Assembly: GCF_018350175.1 (NCBI RefSeq)
Contig: NC_058368.1
Coordinates: 122,948,001 to 123,012,000, forward strand
Length of the DNA stretch: 64,000 nucleotides
Reading direction: 5' to 3'
From: Felis catus
Lineage: Eukaryota
This document shows positions 50,563 to 63,931 of the stretch, in pieces. The notes under the pieces were generated by a model. It worked only from the letters and a program-made list of their open reading frames with translations. It was not told the DNA's origin and made no database searches. The position numbers and the translations under genes were made by a program. Position 1 is the first letter of the stretch. Each line of letters opens with the position of its first letter.

Positions 50563-51249
50563 TACATCTTTCAATTTTTTAAGCAAACTTTTTATTTGGG
50601 GATAGTTTTAGATTTATAGAAATACTAATTTCTACAAAACCCAGTTTTCCCCATTAACATTTTATATTACCTTGGTACATTTGTCATAACTAAGGAAGCA
50701 ACATTGACACATTACCATTAACTAAACCTCAGAGTGTTTTCAGATTTCCCTACTTTTTCCACTAATGTTCTTTTCCTCTCCTAGGATCTAATCCAAGATA
50801 CTGTATTAAATTTAGTATTGTTAAGTATGAAATGCTTCCTTAGTCTCCTCTGGTCCATGACAGTTGCTCAGATATTCTTTATTAATATACTTTGCTTATT
50901 CTTGGACAAGTTTTGTGGAACACTAGCCAGGATATCCCTCAATTTTTTTTTTTTTCAGTATCTTCTCATGGTTAGACTGGAGCTAAGGATTTTGGGGGGA
51001 GAGCATCACAGAAAGGAGAAACCCTTCTCGCCATATACCATGAGTGCATGCTATTGACATGACTTGCCATATTGGTGTTAAATGTGTTTATTGGTTCAGG
51101 TAGTGCTTGCCACTTTCTTCAACTGTAGAGTTATCTTTTACCTCTTTTCATAGTCTGTTATTTGGAACGAAGTCAGTAAATGTGGCCCACATTGGGAAGA
51201 AAGGAAGTTTATTTCTATCTCCTTGAGAGTGAAGAATTTGTCGTAGACT

Positions 51250-51850
51250 GTGGGTTTGGAGTTCTCTCTTGTCCACCAAGAGAGCATGTTGCAAGATTGA
51301 AAATGTGAGAGAGGCTAATGTCCGGGAGAAGACAAGAGTCCTGAGTAAGGTCCTTACTCCATTTTTATTAGGATCAGAAGGCCTACAAGTGCAATGGGTG
51401 TGCATAGAGAGACATTGAAACTGAACATAAACTCATGGGCTTGAGGAAAAGGGGGTTTTGGAGATAATGCGGTGTTAGGGGTTTGGGTCAATATAAAACA
51501 AGATTCTGGTGTTGGGTGGAAGGTTGTTGACAGCAAATATGAGGCCCCACCTCTGTTTACCTAAACTGGCCTAGGGGACAAGAAAGAGCAAGCTACCTCA
51601 GGGTCAACAGGGCATCTTTCTTTTGCTAATTAGCTCTGCTCTGGGCAACTTTGTCCCACTGGGGTCTGTAGCCCTATTTACCTTTTACCTAATTTGGTCC
51701 TTCTTTTCCTGTGAAAGCAGCTTTCTGTTGTTGTCCTTTACCTTTGTCCTATACTGGGGACCTTTGCCCCATTTACCTAATCTTGTTTGCCCAAATCTGG
51801 GTGTATTCATCCTATGGCTTTCTAATTCTTTATGCCTTGTTAACCCATCA
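51250..51850 (-). mobile_element. Solo LTR (~600 bp, family not identified)
   Basis: TG...CA termini (tgtgggtt / aacccatca), minus-strand AATAAA at ~51364, inserted in L1. Confidence 0.5.
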
Positions 51851-51969
51851 GTGCAAGTTCAGGGAATTCCTAAGCTATTCCCCACAAGAATCTATGTAAA
51901 TTGTTATGAATTCCTCTGTAAGTAAGAATGATCTGTTTTCCTGTATTTATTTATTCATGTATCCAATAA

Positions 51970-52140
51970 CTTATATATATATAAATATAAATATATAAAT
52001 ACATTATATATAAATACAAATACAAATATATATAAATATAAATATATAAATACAAATATATTTATATATATAAAAACACAAATATAAATAAATAAATACA
52101 AATATATAAATATATAAATACAAATTTATATGTACAAATA
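51970..52140. repeat. AT-rich low-complexity repeat (TATAAA/TACAAA)n
   Basis: Direct reading. Confidence 0.9.
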
Positions 52141-52824
52141 CATACACACACAAAGTCTCATGGATATTTATTGTTTATTTTGGCTATAATTCAATACTAC
52201 ATTTTAATTATTTTTTTGTCAAATTGTTCCAGCTTTTGCCAGGGAGAGTGATTTCAGCCCCAATAGCCATGTGGCATGCTCTTATTTTTATTTTTTTTGT
52301 TTTTTGATGAGTTCCTTAATTTCAGGAGCTCTAAGATGATTGTGAGTCATCTTGTATTTCCCCTGGCTCAGCTCTAGAATCAGCTATTTCTCTCCTGCCA
52401 GCTTTTAATCCTCTGACCTGTTCTTTCCTTGGAAGCAGAATGATCATGTAACTCTCTTGATTAAACGTTTTTATTGACCCCTTTTTGCAGTTATGGTAAA
52501 ATGCATCACTGATCATTTATGATTCACACCTTGCTTAGGAACCAGTTCACTTGCATCTCAGTTTGGATTTCACTTCTTCTGGGAAGCCATCTTTCACTTA
52601 CCCCCAACTTCCCACACATGGGTTTAGAGTCCTTTCTATGTGTTTCCTTAGTGCTCTGACTACATGGAACTAGGCTCTGATTAAACTAAATTGAATGAAT
52701 AATATTATGATCTTTACAATGACAACTAACCATAGTGTTCTCATTTGAAAAATAGACCTGGTGTTTCCTTACAGATTAATAGTTTGAATGCAGTGAGGTA
52801 GGTTTGTGAAAATTAGATGTGAAT

Positions 52825-53032
52825 TTTAAGAAAAAAAATTTTTTTAACATTTATTTATTTTTGATAGAGCACAAGCCAGGGAGGGGCAGAGAGAGAAGGA
52901 AACACAGAATCCAAAGCAGGCTTTAGGCTCTGAGCTGTCAGCACAGAACCCGATGTGGAGCTCCAACTCACAAACCATGAGATGACCCGAGACGAAGTTG
53001 GACGCTTAACCGACTAAGCCACTCAGGCTCCC
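52825..53032 (-). mobile_element. CAN-SINE
   Basis: TSD atgtgaattttaa. Confidence 0.88.
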
Positions 53033-53109
53033 TGCATGTGAATTTTAATCAACTAACAGATATAAATTTTCCTAGCAGATAGAGGTGAGGAATGAAATAA
53101 GTTGCGTTA

Positions 53110-56100
53110 CTTTGAATTGACCCCTTAAACATTGTGTAATACTCTTCTTTATTCTTTAAAACTTTTCTTACTTTGAAGTCAGTTCTTTTTGAAATTGATA
53201 AAGCTACTTACTTTGGTTACTATTAACATGGTGTATTTTTCTACTTCCAGACCACTGACATGAAAGTGATTATTGATATAATTAGATTAATATCTACCAT
53301 GTTTGGGACACTGGGTGGTTCATTCGGTTAAGTGTCTGACTCTTGATTTTGGTTTAGGTCATGATCTCATGGTTTGTGAGATTGAGCCCCATGTTGGGTT
53401 TTGCACTGATAGCACGGAGCCTGCTTGGGATTCCCTCTCTCCCTCTCCCTCTGCCATTCTCTCTTTCTCTCTCAAAAATAAATAAACTTAAAAAAAAAAT
53501 CTACCATGCTCATTACTATTTTTATTGGTTGGTCTTCTTCTTTGTTCCTATTTTTGTCTTCCACTCTTTTCTTGCCTTTTGGGGTTTTAACTGAACGTTT
53601 TATTTGATTCCATTTTCTCTCATATCTTAGCATATCCGTTAAACTTTTTAACTTTTTTTAGTGGTCATCCTAGAGTTTGCAATATACATATAAGACTAAT
53701 CTAAGTTCACTTTCAAAGGACACTATGCCACTTCATGGGTAGTATGAATACCTTAAAATAATAAAATGATCCTAATTCCTCCTTTCTGTTCCTTGTATCA
53801 TTGCTGTACTTCATTCCACTCATATATAAGCATATAAGTATATAATATAATTATAGTTATATTTTATATGTTATATATCAAATTATATAATTATATATAT
53901 AATTACATATACTATTAATTATAATTATATTTTATAATTATATATTATATATTATATTTATATTATATTTATATTTATATATTATATATAACTCCAATTA
54001 TATATAATATTATATATTATACATAAGTATGCATAATCAAATACATGGTGGCTCTTACTATTTTTAACTGTTATTTGTTAGATAGCTAAGAATAAAAATA
54101 ATAAGGGGCACTTGGGTGGCTCAGTTGGTTAAGTGTCCAACTTTGGTTTCAGCTCAGGTTGTGATTTCGTGGTTTGTGAGTTCAGATCCCCCACATCTGG
54201 CTCTCTGCTGTCAGTGCAGAGCCTGCTTCAGATCCTCTGTCCACCTCTCTCTCTGCCCCTCCCCTGCTTGTGCACATTCTCTCTCTCCCTCTCAAAAATA
54301 AATATTAAAACAATTTTTTAAACATTTAAAAATAATAAAAGTTTTTATTTTACCTCCACTTATTCCTTCTCTGGTACTCTTCCTTACTTTACGTAGATCC
54401 AATTTTCTGACCTATATTATGTTCCTTCTCTCTAAAGTACTATTTGAAAACACTTTTTATAAGGCAGGTCTACTGGCAACAGATTTTCCCAGTTTTTGTT
54501 TATCTGAAAAAAGTCTTTATTTTTCTTCCATTCATGTAGGATAATTTCCCATGGTACAGACTTCTAGGTTGGTGGAATTTTTCTCTGAACACTTTAAATA
54601 TTTCTCTCCTCTCCTTGCCTGCGTGATTTTCTGAGGTGGAGTCAGGTGTAATTTTTATCTTTGTTTCTCTATAGGTAAGGTGGGTTTCCTCCCCTGAACC
54701 CTGGCTTCTTTCAGGATTTTTTCTTTACCCTTGGTTTTCTTTAATTGGAGAATATTACACCTAGGTGTAGGGTTTTTTGGCCTTCATCCTGCTTGGTGTC
54801 GTCTGACCTTTCCAGATCTGTTGTTTGGTGTCTGACATTAATTTGGGGACATTCACAGTCATTGTTTCAAATATTTCTTCTGTTCCGTTCTCTTTCCTCT
54901 CCTTTTGTTACCCTATTACATGTTCATTATACCTTTTCTAGTTGTTCCAAAGTCCTTGGATATTCTGGTTTTTTTTTTTTTTTTTCAATTTTAGCTCTCT
55001 TTCTTTCCAGTGTTCAGAGATTGTCGTAATATATCCACTAGTTCAGAATGCCTTTCCTAAGCTATGTCCAGTCTACTCATAAGCCCATCAAAAGCATTCT
55101 TCATTTCTGTTACAGTGTGTTTTTGTTTGTTTGTTTGTTTGTTTGCTTGTTTTTATCTCTAGCATTTCTTTTTGGTTCTGTCTTAGGATTTCCATCTCTC
55201 TGCTTGCATTGCCCTTCTTGCATGCGGTCTATGTTATCTCTTAGAGCCCTGAGCATATTATTCATACCTGTTTTAAATTCCTGGTCTGACAATTCCAACA
55301 TCCCTGCCATGTCTGGTTCTGATACTTTTGCCGTCTCTTCATATTATGTTTTTTGCCTTTGGATGCCTTATAATTTTTTTAATACCTGAATATGATGTAC
55401 TGGGTCAAAGGAACTGTTGTAAATAGGACTTTAGTAATGTGGTGATGAAGTGTCAGGAAGGGTAAGTGTTCCTTGCCCTACGATCAGGTCTCAGTCCTAG
55501 TGAGCCTATGCCTCTGGACTATGAACTTCACAAGTGTTTCTTAGTTTTTGTTCTCCCCATCTAGAGGGCACAGCATGGCTAGGGTAGCCTATAGTTGGGT
55601 ATTTCTCTTCCCCACCCACATCAGTTAGGTTGGGATAATAGCTGGTTAGGCTCTGGTTAAACAGTTTCCCCTAAGGGCATACCTTGTTAAGAACAGAATG
55701 CTTGGCTTAGTTTAAAATGGTCCCTTTTCTCCTTTCCTCTGCTGGAAGCTCAAGGGATTTTTTTTTTTTTTTTTTAGTTTTAAATTTTATTATTTTATAG
55801 AGAAAGACAGATGGAGAACAAGGGTGGGGAAGAGAGAGAATCTCATGCAGGTTCTACAGTCAGCGCAGAGTCCAATGTGGGGCTGTATCCCACAATCCTG
55901 GGATCATGACTTGAGCTGAAATCAAGAGTCCAATGCTCACCTGAGCCACCCAGGCGCCCCGGGATTTTTCTGATACCTACAATGGCAATCTTGTCAAACA
56001 CCTGGAAGTGAATATTAAAATATTATGGGGTCCCCTGGAGTTCTTAACACCCAGAATGTCCACACTGAGCTTCCAGCTGTTCATCAGTTACAGCTCAGGT

Positions 56101-56310
56101 TTTCCTGCCCTGGCACTGGTTCCCATGGCAGTTTCCACTCACTAGTCTCTGCCCTGGTAAGCCGTGATTCGCTGTAACTTCCTGGTTGCCTCTCCAGTCT
56201 TGCGGCATCAGTTTGTCTTACGGATCTGAGAAGAGTTGTTGATTTTTCAGCTTTTTACTTGTCAGGACAGAGTGTCAACTTAAGATTCTTACCCTGGAAC
56301 CAAAAACAGC
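53110..56310 (-). mobile_element. Old L1 5'/ORF1 region (L1MC/MD-like) hosting three CAN-SINEs (53305-53499 +, 54105-54338 +, 55758-55960 -) and an AT-rich tract (53820-54020)
   Basis: ORF 55110-55310 (MAGMLELSDQEFKTGMNNMLRAL...) resembles the L1 ORF1 N-terminal coiled-coil; L1-typical text such as aaggcaggtctactggcaac. Confidence 0.75.
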
Positions 56311-57335
56311 TCTATCCCTTCTAAATGCTTTCTGCTATTGTTGATGATAATGTCTTGGAAACCCTGGATCTGGCATCCATGCTAAGGAATGCCGAGAGGA
56401 CTTAATGTCTATGCAGCCTGTGTTCAGCCAGAAGTCTGTTGTTTATCAAGGTTCTGGCAGGACAGATCTTGAAGGTCTCCCTCTATACTGCTAAGTACTT
56501 AGGGATGCCGTAAAAATCTCAGGATTAGAGGCTTCCAGGGCTTCCAGGTACCTTAGTCAATTGATTACTCTGCCATCACTCTATGCACACCCTCTCCCCC
56601 AGATACACACACCCACATACACACCCAAACCCATTGTAACGGTTTCCACACCTTCTCCTACATTTGAGATAGTTTTTCTTTTAGCTGGCTTATCATGTGA
56701 GAAGTAGAACAAAACACAAAACCAACAAGCCCTTCCTTCCCTTGTTTAACTTAGCAATTGCTTGTTTTCCTCCAGCAGGCCTGCCTAGCACAAAGATATT
56801 CACTAAGCTATTGTCTGTTGCTTGCTTTGCTTTGTTTTGTAGACCAAGCGTACCGCCATCTCTGACCTGGCCACAAGAGGGCACTGGTGAACCATTTTAA
56901 AAATGATTCATTGAAAATTTCACAAACTCCATGGTTTCCCATAGTATTTCCTTTCATTCTGCCCTGGAAGAAATAAAATGTAGTTATGGGACTTCCAGAC
57001 CAGGGAAACATGTCGGACCTAATCTAATTCAGCTTGTCAACCTGAAGGTCCCCAGCTCTCAGGACCTATGATAGTGTCACTCTTTAAAGTACTGGTAAGA
57101 CAGTACAAACTATTTTAAATATTTCAGAAGAGAAATATTTTAAGTATTTAAATTGGTGCTGAGCTTTCAAACTGGCTTTGCTTTTGACTTAAATTATTAT
57201 ATCTTCATTTATCTTGTATCGAAAATCTTAAAAATATTGGGACCCAGAGGAAAAAGTCATTTGTGCATCAGCATTTATTGCGCTGAGGAATTCTGTTTGT
57301 GGCAGAGTCCTAGAAATGGCAGGTGAGAAGCATAA

Positions 57336-57532
57336 TTTTTTTTAATGTTTTATTTATTTTTTATATAGAGAGCATGAGTGGGGGAGAGGCAGAAAGAGAG
57401 GGAGACAGAGGATCCAAAGCAGGCTCTGCACTGACAGCAGCGAGCCCAACATGGGGCTCGAACTCACGACCCATGAGATCATGACCTGAGCCAAAGTCAT
57501 AGGCTCAACTGACTGAGCCACCCTGGTGACCC
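57336..57532 (-). mobile_element. CAN-SINE
   Basis: T tail, ...ctcgaactcacgacccatgagatcatgacctgagcc. Confidence 0.87.
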
Positions 57533-57937
57533 AAAGCTTCACTAATTTCTAAAGGGTTTCTTCTTGAATTAAGCTTCAGGTTAAGGAAGCTGTTGGAATC
57601 GCGATCATAGAATTGGGAAAAGTAATGAAGGTGATGTAATCCATCTTGTCACCTAATACATGAACTTTTCTATAGTCATTAGCCAACCACTGTTTGTTGG
57701 TTTCAGTACTGAATCACTAAACTGTACATTCTTGTAAAGAATGCATTTCAAAAGAACTCTTAAAATTTTATTGTCTATCCAAGCCTATTCTTTCAGTATG
57801 ATAACCCTCCAAGTATTTGAATAATATTGTAAGGTCTCCTTGATTCATCTTATCTCAAGGCTGATGTTCCAACATTCATGAACCGTCTCTCATATGATCC
57901 TTTGAAAGCCTATGACACCCTTCTTATTATGGGTTTA

Positions 57938-58580
57938 TTGTGGATTAAATATGGCCATGTATTTTTTGTAATAACTTCCACCAAGTAGAGTCTATTTCCT
58001 GTCTCCTCAGATCTAGACTCATCCTATGGCTTGATTATAAACATGAAATGTAGCATAAGAGATGCTGTGTATTTGTTGAGGCTAAGACATTAAGACATCT
58101 ACAGTTTCAAATTTCATGTTTTGGGATGCACTTTTTAAAAACAATTTTTTTAATGTTTATTTATTTGAGAGAGAGAGAGAGTAGGGGAGGGGAAGAGAGA
58201 GATGGAGACACAGAATCCAAAACAGGCTCCAGGCTCCAAGCTGTCAGCACAGAGCCTGACGCAGTGCTCGAACTCACGAACCATGAGATCATGACCTGAA
58301 ACGAAGTCAGACGTTTAACTGACTGAGCCACCAGGCGCCCCTGGAATGCACATTCATGAACTTATGGACAACTGAGACTTCTTATGGACAGCTCTTGCTG
58401 ATCTCCTAGGCAAAACCAACCACAAATGCCAGGGTTTGCATACCCACCACCCCATGTCCCAATAAACATCAATGAAGCAGAAGAACAGAGTCATTTCCAA
58501 GAATCATGAGAAATAATAAATTAGGATTGTTTCAAGCCACTATGTTTTGGAGTAATTTGTTGTGCTGCCTGAAATAACTG
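57938..58580 (+). mobile_element. MaLR LTR (MLT1-like) with a CAN-SINE (58132-58341, minus) inserted
   Basis: Ends atgagaaataataaa...ttgtttcaagccactatgttttggagtaatttgtt; SINE TSD gg(g/a)atgcac. Confidence 0.75.
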
Positions 58581-58861
58581 CTAAGATTTTGCAAATGGCT
58601 TCAAAGTGTTGAATTCAGATTTAAATATGTTACCTGTGAATAACAACCATCAATAAAATGAGCTTTTTTCTTCTTTAATTTTGATCACATTTGTTTAATT
58701 CTAGTAGATGTTTATATCTACGTTTTCATAACCTGCGGAGTTTAAAATGATTAGGAGATCCAGAACACCTTTTGCTCCTGTTGACTTAAAAAGAAAGACT
58801 ATTGAACTGATGTCTTATTTCTCAGTTCCCTATTCTGGCAATCAAGAACTGAGTCCTGAAT

Positions 58862-58896
58862 TCTTTTTCTATTTTTTTTTTTCATTTGAGAGAGTT

Positions 58897-58960
<64 letters not shown>

Positions 58961-59105
58961 CAAAAGGGAAGACAGGCAGAGGGAGAGAGAGTGAGAAACC
59001 CAAGCAGGCTTCATGCTCAGTGCAGAGTCAAATGCTGGGCTTGATTCCACGACCCTGGAATCCTGACTCAAGCTGAAATCAACAGTCAGATGCTCAATTG
59101 ACAGA
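58862..59105 (-). mobile_element. CAN-SINE with long (GA)n microsatellite
   Basis: TSD cctgaattcttt; (GA)n at ~58903-58954. Confidence 0.85.
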
Positions 59106-59256
59106 ACCTGAATTCTTTTTCTAGACTAGATGGAATGAATGATACGATTTTTATTATTGTAATACCTAACTGTGAACCAAGGGCCTGAACATATACCATC
59201 TAAATTAATCCAAACAACCCTATATGGTAAGCATTAGTGACCCTTTTAAAAAGAAA

Positions 59257-59466
59257 TTTTTTTTTAATGTTTATTCATTTTTGAAAGACAGAGACAGAGC
59301 ACAAGCAGGGGTGGGGCAGAGAGAGAGGGGGACACAGAATCTGAAGCAGGCTCCAGGCTCTGAGCTGTCAGCACAAAGCCCGATGTAGGGCTCAAACCCA
59401 CAAACCGCAAGATCACGACCAGAGCCGAAATCAGACACTTAACTGACTGAGCCACCCAGGTGCCCC
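59257..59466 (-). mobile_element. CAN-SINE within a MIR-like fragment
   Basis: TSD ~catt(a/g)g(t/c)gaccctt. Confidence 0.88.
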
Positions 59467-59739
59467 ATTGGCGACCCTTCTTTATAGATTAATAAGCTGA
59501 GATTCAGAAAGGTGAAATGATTTGCCACAGGAATTAAATGAGAGAGACTGGGCTTGATTAAAACTTCTCTGACCCATGTCAGTTCTTTCTATTCCAACAA
59601 ATGGATGGATCTAGTAAACTGAGTCATAAACACAGAATAAGAACAAATCTTTGATACCCCAGTTGAAATGAGCAACCTAGTACATGGATGATCCCACAAT
59701 ATTACTCTTATACTAAGGACTAAGGGTCATTCCTTAGGG

Positions 59740-61070
59740 AAAGGGTTTATTCAAGGCTGGGGGCAGAGGATTTTGATGATAAGACTAGAACATCTGGCAG
59801 TACCAGAAAGTAAGGCAGTGCACAAAAAATCTTGGGGACACACCCCAAGGCAAAGAGGCCAGCTCGAAGGGGCTCAAAATTTGGGACAATTTGGTTATCA
59901 AATAAAATATTATAGTAATTAGGGCACCTGAGTGGCTCAGTTGGTTAATCATCTGACTCTTGGTTTAGGCTCAGGTCATGATCTCACAGTTGGTGGGTTC
60001 TAGCCCTGTGTCAGGCTCTGAGCTGATGGTGTGGAGCCTGCTTGGGATTCTCTCTCTTCTTTGCTCTCTGACCCTCCCCACCCACCCATGCACAAACACC
60101 CTCTCTCTCTCTCTCTCTCAAAAATAAATAAATAAACATTAAAAAAAATTAGTAATGAGGGACACTTGGGTGGCTCAGTCGGTTAAGCATCCGACTTTGG
60201 CTTAGGTCATGATCTCACAGTTTGGGAGTTCGAGACCCATGTCGGGCTCTGTGCTGACAGCTCAGAGCCTGGAACCTGCTTCGAATTCTGTGTCTCCGTC
60301 TCTCTCTGCCCCTCCCCCCATTCGCACTCTTTCTCTCTCTCAAAAATAAAACATGAAAAAAAATTTTAAAAATTAGTAATGAATTATAATCCATTTAACA
60401 TAGTTTTGATATTTAAATGATAAATTGAAAATTGTATTAGGAATGGTATATTTACATAGTTTCAAGTACCTTCCCACAAAACCACTTGTTAATTAAAACA
60501 GGAAAAAAGTATAGTTGGGAAATCTGGCAGATTTCACCTTAATCAAGAGATTGAGATGAACAACATAAATCAGTAAGGGAACAAACCTTGTGCCAACTGA
60601 TGGTATCCAGTGGGAACTCAGCCTGGCTTCTTTTATAACCTGGACCTAGCCATGAGGAAATGTCAGGCAAACCCAAATTGAGCAACATTCTACAAAAAAG
60701 TTGGCCTGTAATCTTCAAAAATGTCAAGGTCATGAAAGTCAAGGAGAGACTGAGGAAGTCTTCCGGACCAAAGATGACTAAAAGACCTGTTAACTGAGTG
60801 TAACACGTGATTCTGAACCGGATCCTTTGCTGTAAAAGACGTTATTCAGACAGTTGATGAAATCTGAATTGGGTCTAAGTCTTAGATGGTAGCAATGCAT
60901 GAATGTTAAATTCCTGATTATGGGCATGTTGGAGAATGTCTTTGCTTGTATGCACTAATATTTGTAAGTCATAGAACATCAGATCGGCAATTTACTTTCA
61001 AATGATCCTGAAAAAAATTTTTGTACTGGTACTCAAATCTTTTCTATAGCTATGAAATTGTCTCTTATTT
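59740..61070 (+). mobile_element. Old L1 3' region (L1MC-like) with tandem CAN-SINE pair (59921-60148, 60158-60372)
   Basis: gaacatctgg...ccagaaagtaagg...aggcaaacccaaattgag...atcttcaaaaatgtcaaggtcatgaaag; second SINE has TSD aaaattagtaatga. Confidence 0.78.
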
Positions 61071-61321
61071 AAAACTGTACACCAAAACATCCTCTCTTAT
61101 TTGGTTAGTGGATACAGTGATTATCCATTTCCCTCCTTCTATTCTTAATAGCAAGCTAAAGAAATATGGAATTCCTTAAAGAGAAAATTTTAAATAAAAC
61201 TTCCCAAATATCACTCAATATTAAATAATTGACTAGGGTTCATGAAGTTGTTGGTCATGGTGGCTGCTGTGTTGGAGGTGACGGTTAGGAAGCTGGAAAA
61301 CTAAAAGAGAAGGAGAAGTTG

Positions 61322-61329
61322 GTGATGAA

Positions 61330-61359
<30 letters not shown>
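61322..61359 (+). repeat. (GAT)n trinucleotide microsatellite next to a MIR-like fragment
   Basis: Direct reading. Confidence 0.9.
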
Positions 61360-61360
<1 letters not shown>

Positions 61361-62769
61361 GCCCATGCTGAGGTACTAATTTTTGTAAGCATTTTGCATA
61401 CATTAACTTATTACGCCTTTTAACAATCCTGTAAGAAGTCATTTTGTTAGCTTTATTTCATAACTTGATAAAACTGAGGCCCAGAGAGATAATGTAACTC
61501 CCCCAGTGGAGGAGCTAGGACATGAATCCAAACAGGCTGGCTCTAGGACCTGTGCTCTTGATCACTAAAGGAAGAATAAGGGCATTCAGGGAACAAAAGA
61601 TCATTCACAACAATGGAAAGATTTGGAGAAGGTGGACACATTGTCGAGCAAACATCATCAACTGTGCCCATTTGTATAAGTTTTGCCAGGGGCTCACTCA
61701 CCTTAGTAAAAATGCCCCTGCAAACTGTACCGCTGGTCAATAGAGTCAGAGTGTAAATGTTTGGAAAGAGGGAAATGATTTATAGCTCAGACGCTGAGTG
61801 AAGCCCTATAACTTGGCACAGTGTACCATGAACTTTTCATGTTCCTGAGTCACACCTACATGGTGAACGTGCTGTTTGTCTGTTTATTGGAAAGGTGTCA
61901 GGAACACACATTGAAGACAAGGCAGAGCTAAGCCTGATTGATTGACCTGCTAAAGAGACAGGAGGCCCTTTTAGATTAGGTGGTTTAACACACAAACAGC
62001 AAAGAGAAGGACAAACCAAAAGTGCCAGCTCCCTGTCTTCTTTGTCCCATAGAGCGCAAAGGATGATACCTGACCAGAAGGGATTGGATGACCGCAGCAT
62101 GAGTTGTGGGCTACCCTCTTGCTGAGGTGTCCATTCTAGACTACAGCAAAGAGGTTTTGGTTTTACATTCTTCCGCTCTGTTCTGAGAGGGGGAGGGCAG
62201 GAAGCCTCATGTCTCAGAGAACCTGGGAAGCAATGAGAAATGTCTTAAGACAGCCTTCCAGGGGAGGTGGAAGAGTGGGGGGTGGGGAGATGACCTCACA
62301 GTAGCTGGTCCAGGCCCCCCGTCCTCTCAGGTTCAGGTTCCAAGAGAATCACAGGTGTTCCCAAGACTCACATAAGCTACAGTTTGACCCTTTGCCTGAG
62401 TGGATCTCTGCAAGGTTGCCAGGGTAGAGCAGTTGAAAGCCAACTTAGGATAAGATCACAATGTGGAGAATGTGTGCTGGACACTGAAGATCTCCCCTCT
62501 GTGAAGATCTCCCCTCCTCTCTGTTTGATATTTTTGCTGGAAACTAAGTGTAGCAAATGCTCCCCTGGTTCCCTAAAAAGACAGTGACATTAACGGTGAA
62601 TGTGGGAGTATACCATAGATTGGCAGTATGTGCTCATCTGAGCCCAGAGTTGTCCTCGTTGCTGAAAGGTCTTTCTGCCTCTCTTTATACTAATCTGCTT
62701 AGAAACCTTGTGACCAGACTGCCTTCTGTATAAGAACTCATATCTCTCACTATTGATCAGATCTTGCCA

Positions 62770-63931
62770 GATAAACAACGAAAGCAAAAATAAACAAGTG
62801 TGACTGCATCAAACTCAAAAGCTTATGTACAGCAAAGGAAACCAACAACAAAATGAAGAGGCAACCTACTGAATGGTTAATATCAAAAATATATAAAGGA
62901 GTCATACAACATAATAGCAAAATCCCCAAACAATCCAATTAAAAAATGGGCACAGGATTTGATTAGACATTCTTCCAAAGAAGATACAGATGACCAACAA
63001 GTACGTGAAAAGATGCTTAACATCATTAGTCATCAGAGAAATGCAAATCCAAAACACAACGACATATCACTCACATCTGTTAGAATGGCTACTATCAAAA
63101 AGAAAAGAAATAAGAAGTGTTGGTGAGGATGTGGAGACAGGGGATCACCCATGTACTGTGGGTGAGAATGTAAATTGGTGCAGCCACTATGTAAAACAGT
63201 ATGGAGTTTCCTTTAAAAATTGAAAATAAAACCACCATATGATCCAGTAATTCCACTTCTGGATATTTATTTGAAGAAAATGAAAACACTAACTCAAAAA
63301 GATATACACAACCCCATGTTCATAGCAGCATTATTTACAATAACCAAGATATGAAAACAACATCAAGTGCCCATCAATAGGTGAATGGATAAAGAAAATA
63401 CAGTGTGTGTATATATAATGGAATATTATTCAGCCATAAAAAGGAGGAAATCTTGCCATTTGCAACAACATGGATGGACTATGAGGGCAGTATGGTCAAC
63501 GAAGTAACTTAGAGAAAGACAAAGTCTGTATGATCTCAATTATACGTGTAATCTTTAAAAGAACAACAATAACAAGCTCATAGATACAGAAGACAGATTG
63601 ACAGATTGGTGGTTGCCAGAGGTGGGGGGTGGAGGTGGGTAAAATGGGTGAAAAGGGTCAAAAGGCACAAACTTCCAGCTATAAAATAAGTCATGCACAG
63701 GTAATGTACAGCATGGCCACTATAGTTAATACTCTATTGCATATTTAAATTTAAAGAGAGCACATCTTAAAATTTTTCATCACAAGAAAAATTTTTGTAA
63801 CTATGTATGGTGACAGATGTTAACCACACTTATTGTGCCGATCATTTTGCAGTATATACAAATACTGAATCATTATGTTGTACATGTGAAGTTAAGCATA
63901 AGTTGTATGTCAGTTATACTTCAAAAAAAAA
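62770..63931 (+). mobile_element. L1 ORF2 C-terminus + 3'UTR (L1MA-like), decayed
   Basis: ORF 62990-63223 (KRCLTSLVIREMQI) is L1 ORF2-like; tggtgcagccactatg..., tgaatggataaagaaaat, polyA end. Confidence 0.9.

Larger units (their letters stand above)
50575..52400 (-). mobile_element. Old L1 3' region (L1MC-like), interrupted by an LTR and an AT-rich tract
   Basis: gttttagatttatagaaa...ggtacatttgtcataactaagga...tcttctcatggttagactgg...caaattgttccagcttt. Confidence 0.7.

Noticed and set aside
56700..56845. Loose inverted symmetry around the palindrome GCAGGCCTGC
   Set aside because: The arms are low-complexity (CAAA/TTTG) and pair poorly; no convincing hairpin or miRNA precursor.
6012..60372. 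tRNA-like A/B boxes and recurrent short ORFs such as MAQSVKRPTSA...SLEPASDSVSPSLS
   Set aside because: These are tRNA-derived CAN-SINE heads and their translations, not tRNA genes or proteins.
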